Origin: Carcharhinus longimanus
Taxonomy: Eukaryota
Direction of reading: 5' to 3'
Length of the DNA stretch: 59,898 nucleotides
Assembly (NCBI GenBank): GCA_030264375.1
Contig: JASCQW010000163.1
Span: forward strand, 6,040,871 to 6,100,768
The notes beneath the pieces are model-generated. The model had not been told where the DNA came from. It saw nothing but the letters and a program-made list of their open reading frames with translations, and did not search any database. The position numbers and the translations under genes were made by a program. The number at the start of each line of letters is the position of its first letter. Position 1 is the first letter of the stretch. Of this stretch, positions 51,557 through 59,898 are shown in pieces.

Positions 51557-52383
51557 AACAAAATATCTGTTGCCCCAGTCTTCACTCTGCTGAATTTAGC
51601 AGAACAAAATTCCAAGTAAATTGCCACATGGACTATTTGTATGACAGTTAGGATACTGAGGAAGAGTGCAGAGATTTCACAGCTTCAGTTCTATTGAGCC
51701 TACTGGAGAGTTAACAGGAAGGAGGCCCATATTTTCAAACTCTTCGAAGTGCTTGGTTAAGCGATTTATTTTTATTTATGGTACTGGATTCTGGCAGCAA
51801 GATTATTTTCTACCTGCAGCTAACAATAAACTGGAGAAACAATCTGTCTTCAAGTAATATCAAAATCTTGCACTGACCAACCGGCAAGAGCTTTGATGTG
51901 GCAATGAGTGCTAGAAACTCAAATATAATTAGCATGGCAGCACCAAAGTAAACTTTCCTGGGTCAGTGACTTAAGAATACAAAAACATTGGTCTTAACAA
52001 AGCCAACACGTTTATTTTGGCATTGTCATTTATTGTGCGAGATCTATACATCAAGGGCTAGGGGCACCACAATGGTAGCAAACATGATATTAGCCAACTT
52101 ATACTTGTGTGCGTGCTTGCATATGAGGGTGCACATGAACTTTGCTTAAGACAGCATAAATTGGTGCACAATAGAGGGCAAGGATGAAAATAATTCATGT
52201 AAACTGCTTCATCCAGCACACAGTTATACCAAATGAAAGGTTAAACATTGATCATTATTATTATGTAGTGGTTTATTTGGCCAATCTTGCTCTTGAAAAG
52301 AAGTTTGAATCCACTGCAGCTTATTTTACAGAATATATTCTACAATCACAGTAAGCATATGGATAGTCAGAAATAAAAGTCAC

Positions 52384-52476
52384 CTGTGAAACAAAATAAT
52401 CTTTTTCATGTTGTCTGCCATTAGAAAGTTATAAAACCTCCGACATTGGTCCCATCGGAGGAATGTTTCTTGTGCC
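52384..52476 (-). CDS. ABHD2: ABHD2 (alpha/beta hydrolase, monoacylglycerol lipase) coding exon
   Basis: Minus strand ctttgcttAG acceptor; (R)AQETFLRWDQCRRFYNFLMADNMKKIILFH(R); GTGAC donor; 93 bp. Confidence 0.96.
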
Positions 52477-53422
52477 CTAAGCAAAGACAAAAGAAAATAC
52501 CTTAAATATCAAAACAAAAGCACAATTGTCAAGAACTTTGCAAATTGATTTCTCCAGGGAGTAAGAAGTCAATGTTACAAATGTAAAATAAAACAGTGAT
52601 CCATTGAAATAGTTTGCTAAAGATCTTACCTCTTAGGAAGCTCTTGCAATACCATTTTGATATTCTTAACCAAGAGACAAGATGTAGCTTCCTGTTCAGT
52701 AGGCAATCCTTCAACTTCTCTCCCTCGAGGTTCTCAATGCTGTATCTAATCTACTACTCCTACTATAATCATTATTGGTCCAAATATATTGAACAGTGAG
52801 TGCTACTTTTTTCAACTTGATTATAGTAAAACTAAGTCATTGCAGAATCTTGTTTAAAAACTCATTCCTTCTGGAAAGCTAAAAGCCACGGAACTCTTCT
52901 CATCCATCCCACGTCACGTCCCATTCAGTATACAGGTGTCAAGTTCTCGTATCATTTAGTCGCTGAACTGTCATTCACTTAATCTATTTTCACCTCTGAT
53001 GGCGTTTTGCACGAAAGGTGATTGGCCCTCAATCCAACTAACACCGCACTGAGTCCACAAAATGGGCTCAATAAGTTCAGTAGATACCCTTAATAAATGC
53101 CTTGCAACAACATCTGCACTATGTTAATTATAGGAGTCAAGCCAGAGATTTATACAATTCTAGGTAGTTTGGAGATACATCAAGCACAGCAGCTACTTTA
53201 ATCTCCCAGTCTTGTTGAGTCAAAGGGGAGTAAATGCTACTTTCAGAATAACGTTTTGACATAATAATTCTGTAAATACCAGAGAACTGCAGTCTGTTGC
53301 AAGAGAAGCCATCCAACGTGATGCAGCAGACTTGTTGTCAAGTTGCACCTCAAATCTAACAATGGTTGTAATTCTGAAGGTCTTATTTTATTACATTCAA
53401 CAAGTTATTTCAACAAATGGTC

Positions 53423-53517
53423 AGGAAGAGGAGAAGAGGAGGAGAAGAGGAGAAGAAGAGGAGAAGAAGAGGAAGAGGAGGAGGAGGAGAAGAAGAGGAG
53501 GAGGAGGAGAAGAAGAG
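53423..53517. repeat. (GAG/GAA)n purine microsatellite running into an assembly gap
   Basis: Pure purine triplets followed by N run 53518-53753. Confidence 0.9.
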
Positions 53518-55721
53518 NNNNNNNNNNNNNNNNNNNNNNNNNNNNNNNNNNNNNNNNNNNNNNNNNNNNNNNNNNNNNNNNNNNNNNNNNNNNNNNNNNN
53601 NNNNNNNNNNNNNNNNNNNNNNNNNNNNNNNNNNNNNNNNNNNNNNNNNNNNNNNNNNNNNNNNNNNNNNNNNNNNNNNNNNNNNNNNNNNNNNNNNNNN
53701 NNNNNNNNNNNNNNNNNNNNNNNNNNNNNNNNNNNNNNNNNNNNNNNNNNNNNATAAGTGCTATGGGATTCTTGCATTCAGCTAACAGAGCGGATTGGAA
53801 CCTCAATAGTGCTGGAGCTTCAGACAGTTGTGTTCAGAACTCTCGAATAAGACTGGAACCCAAAGATTGGGGTGAGAATACCACCACCTCAGCCATATGA
53901 ATAGAGTAACTACCTATAATTTGGCATGGACATTAGCAGTAATTGGAGATGACCAACATAAAAAAAAACGAGGATTTAACATGATAGGTTTTCTCATATT
54001 GCAGAGCTTTATCTTGAATATATATCTAATTACACTTTGAGAATACTGGGTGTAAAGAATGAAATGTGCCATTTGCCAATATAGATAGCAAAATAGAAAC
54101 TAATACCTCAAAATGTCAATTCTGAGAAAAGCTCACTTAATGCAAACATTTCAGCTGTTAAAGGCCAAACAAACACCCAGGGGGTGGGTTTTATTACCTG
54201 CTTATCCAGTGCAATGAGTTAAGCTAAAATGCAATTAAGGCCAAGTGCTATAGATCAACTGTTCATTAAAAGCACTGGCCAGTAAGCCTACATTCCAATG
54301 CATGGTTTTCATATTTAATTACGCAATAGCTGTAAGCAGGAACTTTTCCCTGGGAGTTCATGAAGTTTAAGGTCAATTGTTACAAATTAGAGGGACAAAC
54401 AGTTCCTTTGTAATCCCCAAGCTTTGCTCATATGAAACAAGGGTAGACTCTCAGGAAAACGGAAATCCATTTAGCTTGTATAATGAAAGGAAAAAAACTG
54501 ACATTAGTAATCAAATTGTAGGTGTAATTGGTTAAAAAAGGATGTAGTACACTCATTTAATCACTAGAGGTCTTATCATGCTTGTACCAACGGTGGACGA
54601 TGACAGTTGAACTGCAAAAAGAATCTTTTGGGATTGCTAAGCAAAAATCTCATAAGGAAACTGTGCAATAGAGGTAAAAATTGAGAAGTAGCACAACCTT
54701 AAAATCCTCAGCATAAACCTCAATTAATAAAGCTACCTCTGGTTTTCGAACAGTTGATACCAAGTTGTCAGACTGATAAATTCAGCAAAATAAGAATGAG
54801 CACTTTAAGGAGCAGAGGGTTAAGACAGGAAATCCCAAGTGAAGAATTCTGTGAACTGAAGGGTTAGGTGAAGCAACAGGCTAACAGGGAGCATTTGCTA
54901 AAGTTGTAACCTCTTATTTTATAATTTGTTGTTTCTTCAGGATCATGTACATTCGCTGCTAATGGCCACTCTGTAACAAGGTTCTTAATTAATGTGTTGG
55001 AGACTTTACAAACTTTCTTTTCCTATCTTATGGGAAACTGCTGAGCACAAGGGAAACAGTTTCCCTCAAAGATCAGAATCCATGCACGAAATCACAGGGG
55101 TTAAATCATATAGTCTATGATTTTGTGGCGCAATGATTTAGAGCACCGTCATGATTCCTTGCTGAACCTAACTTTCAAAAAGGGTGACATTTTAAGTCAC
55201 CTAATTTACTGTTTTAATTTGGATGTGATCATGAAGTCAATATCTTTGTCACACTTTGTTTTAGGATAAACAGCTAAAAGCTGCTGTGTAAAACATAACC
55301 TCAACCAAATTCAATTAAGCTTCTGATGAGTCAAATAATCTTAAATATAACAATCCACAACACTCCAAGGAATAGCTGGGATGTAACTTAAATTAAATGC
55401 CACCTCAGCAGGGATTAAAGGTTAGCATTGAAGCATAATTGTAACTGTACTAAAATTAACATGCTTTCATTTAGTGCCCCACTTTGAGTGAAATAAACTC
55501 AGTTTAATTAATTTGTATTCCCCATCCCCTTTTGCACTGTAACTGTTTAAGACATGACTTGTTTCAGTTTTGCAGTCTGGCACTAGCTAAACACTGAAGT
55601 AGTGTCAGCTTAGTGGCACTTGCCTCAGTGAAAAGTGGTGGATCATAACCCCAGTTTTTATGAATTCCTTCATGGGATGTGGGCATTGTTGGCCATGATA
55701 GCATTTATCACCCATCCTTTA

Positions 55722-55956
55722 GGGGCACAGTGGTTAGCACTGCTGCCTCCCAGTGCCAAGTTCGATTCCTGGCTTGGATCACTGTCTGTGTGGAGTTTGC
55801 ACCTTCTCCCCATGTCTGCGTGGGTTTCCTCCCACATTCTAAAAGATGTGCTGGTTAGGTGCATTGACCCGAATAGGTGCTAGAGTAAGGGGACTAGGGG
55901 AATTTTGCAGTAACTTCATTGCAGTGTTAATGTAAGCCTTACTTGTGACAATAAAT
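55722..55956 (+). mobile_element. V-SINE with alternative tail nested in an antisense LINE 3' end (~55665-56330)
   Basis: LINE tail breaks at cacccatcc and resumes at aaggtggtggtgagttgccttcttgaa. Confidence 0.75.
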
Positions 55957-58409
55957 ACATTTTTAAACTTTAAAATAAACTTTTTAAAAAGGTGGTGGTG
56001 AGTTGCCTTCTTGAAATGCTGCAGTTCCTATTGTGTAGGCAAATCCACCTGTGCTGTTAGAAAGGGATTTCTAGAATTTTGGCAGTAAAAAAATGGCATT
56101 AGTAGTTCTAAATCAGGATAGTGNNNNNNNNNNNNNNNNNNNNNNNNNNNNNNNNNNNNNNNNNNNNNNNNNNNNNNNNNNNNNNNNNNNNNNNNNNNNN
56201 NNNNNNNNNNNNNNNNNNNNNNNTGCTTGAAGGGGGTGAAATTCCCATCCATCTGCTCCTTCTAGGTGGTAGAGGTCATGGATTTGGAATCCAAAGGAGC
56301 CTTGGCGACTAGCTGCAAGATAGTTGGAGGGGGCCAAATGATAACTTTACGTTCTATTGTTTCAAAATATCCCATAATATATTGTCCACTGCTGTGGCAG
56401 GGATATCTATCTGTTCAACAAACAGGACCTCTATTGATTTAGATCTAGTATCTGGGGTAACAAATTAATACTGCTATTTTGCAGCATCAGTGTTGAATAA
56501 ATAATGGGAATTGACCTCCAATGCCAATGCAGGTATAGAGTTATTTGTCCTTTAATCATTGGCTTATTCCAGCTGAATAATTCTCTGAAGGATTATAAAG
56601 CAAAGACTTGATATCTAACTGAAAAAGAAAACGAAGCATAAATGCACAAGAAAGAAAGGGAGAGGCTAATCTTCAACTACAGCTTAAAATAATTTCAAAT
56701 TTCAGAAATACACTGCAAACCTTAAAAAATGCAAATACCCTCTAGTCTGCAGAACATTATTCTGAAGTAAGCAGATTCTAAAGCTGCAATTTTTAAATGA
56801 CTAGAAAAGGTTAACTGAGAATATTCCCACACACCCTTACCCCAACATTTCAATGGACTGTCATTCCCAGATTATTACAGTGAGGTTTAACATTAGAAGA
56901 TTTTGGAAATGTAACTTTAAATTTAGAGTGAATGAAGGGAGTCATGTGACCTACCCTCAGGTCTGAGTGGCAAACCTGGGGATTTTGATTGTTACAGATC
57001 AAAAGGAGGTTGTCTGTATTGCTGACGAGGCCAAGGTATTTAGGTTTGGAGACAATGCTGCACTCTGAGTTTACCACAAGTACAGCCGAGTCTCTTAAAA
57101 TCTCTGAAAGGTGCAAATAGCCATCAGGTTGTAAACAGCTGTGCTGAAAATTATTCATTTAATTCCAAGAAAATAAGTTGGGGGTCAGTTTTACCTGAAT
57201 GCCATGTTGCCATGGGAAAAGAGAGCAGAGGAAGTCATTGAGATCAGAATACAGACTTCCCTATAAATCACTGAATATGCAGACAGCAAAGGTTGTGTGG
57301 CCAGCAGAGAGAAAAGGCTACTTGACTTTTTAAGCTAACATACAATGAGGCAGAAGGGAGACAGTCTTTAGTCGAAGAGATGCATATTCAGCCTTTTATG
57401 GTTTCTTATAATTTGTTCTGGCCAGAGGGAAGAAGAATTATTGGAATGGGCTTTGCTATCAGTAGCAGATTTAAGGAAAAAATTGAGGGAAGTGCCGATG
57501 GCATCTTAAGTTACTACTGAGCAAATTGGGGATATAGAAACCCATTGAAAGTGGGAATACTGTTTGCCAAAATACTAATTTTGTGGAGTGCGCAATGGAT
57601 GGTAAATATACAAGGGGAATGTTACTTTTCATAATTAAAGTTGCCTACAAAATATTATTCCTGCTTTTTAAAAGTAATTTTCCACAGTAGAAGTTTAAAA
57701 CGTGAAAGCTCGTTAGGCCATTCTTTTATCTAATAACTGGAAGTTTGTACATTTTCTTAAAAGTTACCCATCACTGTGGAGAAAAATGCTGCATTAAAAT
57801 TTATTGCATCATTGCCTACACAACATATTATGCACCGGAATTTTGAACGGGAAAACTCCTTGCTGCCCAAGGCTCCCTCCATTAATTTACTTAAAGCCTA
57901 AGCTTGCTAACACATGGTTACTTTGACTCACCCAATCTTCTCTATTCTCTTCAGTCTTGAGTGTATTCTATAAAAGTCTTTAAAAAGTGTAGTGCAGTGT
58001 ATTTGTATTGAAATATAAAGTCAAATTAGAAATCATATGTGTTCCAATTCTGTCCAAGATTGATGAGTTGATTCATAACTTCTTTATTTTTATCTGAGGT
58101 TCCACTACATTATCTAATCTGTACTAAAGTCTGTAATTTAGTCCTTAACCACATAAGACACACTAAATATACTGTATTTGGCTGTAGTTCTTTGATTTAC
58201 CCAAACTTTTGATACAGCATGCATTGCTTACTCACAATTACAGACTGTGATTTGATTTAGAGGCCAAAATGTTATGTTAAAAAAAATAGATCCAACACAG
58301 GTACAGAAGGGCAATTAACTAGAATTTTAAAATCTGTCTGAAGCTTTTTTAGAACTTGCTCTCAATAACGAATCAACAAATCAATGTGTAAAGTGTGATG
58401 ATTAACTTT

Positions 58410-58890
58410 CCACTTGCCTTGGTGAGTGAAGCTCCAACAACACTTAAGAAACATGACACCATCCAGGACAAAGAAGCCTGCTTGACTGGCATGCCACTTA
58501 CCACCTCCAACATTCACTATTTACCACCAGACAATGGCAGCAGTGTGTACCATCAGAAGATGCACTGCAGCACCTCACCAAGCCTCCTTCAGCAGCATTT
58601 TCCAAAGCTGTGATCTCTTAATACTTAGCAGGACAACGGTAACACCAAGGGAACACCATCAGCTGCAAGTTCTCCTCCAAACCACACACCATTCTGACTT
58701 GGAACAATATCACCATTCTTTCACTGTCGCTCAGTGAAAATGCTGAACTCACTCCCTAGTACCACTGAGTGTGCTGATACCCCACAGACTGCAGCAAGAT
58801 GATGGCTCAACATCACTTCTCAAGGGCAATTAGGGATGGGCAACAAATGTTGGCCCAGCCAGCAAGACCTACATCCCTTGAAAGATTAAT
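58410..58890 (+). mobile_element. LINE 3' fragment
   Basis: gctccaacaacacttaagaa...catccaggacaaag...cttctcaagggcaattagggatgggcaacaaatgttggcc. Confidence 0.7.
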
Positions 58891-59898
58891 TACAACTTTA
58901 AGCCAGCAATTATTCACTATAAAATTCAGATTCCTATGAGAAACGCATGCATCATTAAACAATTTCAGTTTTTTTTCCCCCCTCTTCTGAAGAAACAAAA
59001 GGTTTCTGGAAGCCATATGGTTCCTTCTACAAAGCACTATTCGTTATGCTTGTCCTTAAACACAAATGCCAAGTTTGCTATTAAAGCCCCGACCTTTTCC
59101 TTACTTGATACACTTGGCCAGTGTTTGTTGAATTATGTCACAGAAAAGGAGCATGTTTTGTTTTCTTTCATTCCCATCTTTCAGTCATAGCCAGAGAGAC
59201 GCCTTCAAAAACTATTTTCTCACTAGATGTTTGCCTTAGTGTCCCCAAGGATCTGTGGCTCCTTCCTGTTTTGCAAATACATGCCATCATCCAGCAACAT
59301 CGTCCAAAATGTTAATTTGCACACACCGATGACACCCACTTCTACTTTACCTCAACCTTCCACCAATTGCCAAAACCATTTGTCCGACATCCATTACAAG
59401 GCAATAGACGTTTCCTTAAACCATTAAGAAAAGCAAAGCCATTGGGTTGGATTCTCTGACCCTCGCTCGCAGCCAGGATTCTCCCATCCTGCTGCAATGA
59501 ACAGAGATTTGGCTGAGCACCAAAATCTCCATCCGTGCTGGCAGTGGCGACAGGGCATGCATGGCTGGAGAATTCTGGATTTTGCCTTCAGTAGCTGCTG
59601 CAATTTCTGTTCCTTAGCATCATCTGTTACTTAGCCACTGATTCCATCCCTCTCCATGGCAATTGTGTGTGGCTGAACCACTGTTTACAATCTTGGTCTT
59701 ATATTTGACCCCCAAAACAGTTTCTGGATACACACTAGAACCATTTCTACCTCTAACATTGCCAACTAACACCCACCATCCACCTCAAGTCATCTGCTGC
59801 TGAGACCCTAAATTATATCTTTATTAGTCCTTTATTCTCAACTTCTCTCATGCACTCCTGACCATTCTTTTACATTTTACACACTATAAACTTGGGGT

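Noticed and set aside
53332-53900. Long Glu/Arg-rich ORFs
   Set aside because: Produced by the purine microsatellite plus the N gap
52477-59898. Search for the upstream ABHD2 exon carrying the nucleophile GxSxG motif
   Set aside because: Not found by eye; it probably lies beyond the window end (or in a gap), so this is not evidence of pseudogenisation

Overview
This is vertebrate genomic DNA, almost certainly a shark or other elasmobranch, judging from the repeat content (HE1-like V-SINEs, Deu-domain SINEs, CR1/L2 LINE debris). Two genes converge tail to tail. On + are the last five coding exons of RLBP1 (CRALBP; 250-10252, stop TAG). On - are the last five coding exons of ABHD2 (52476-37337, stop TGA). 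The 5' ends of both genes lie outside the window. One ABHD2 intron needs a non-canonical GC donor. Introns and intergenic DNA are full of SINEs, LINE fragments, MITE-like elements and a possible decayed PIF/Harbinger relic. The most unusual signal is a family of ~200-bp fold-back insertions with target-site duplications that carry Penelope-type minimal hammerhead ribozyme motifs; one copy has an intact core on the sense strand of an RLBP1 intron. Most of the supplied short ORFs are noise. Exon coordinates were read base by base; repeat boundaries are approximate and family names come from recognition, not a database search.
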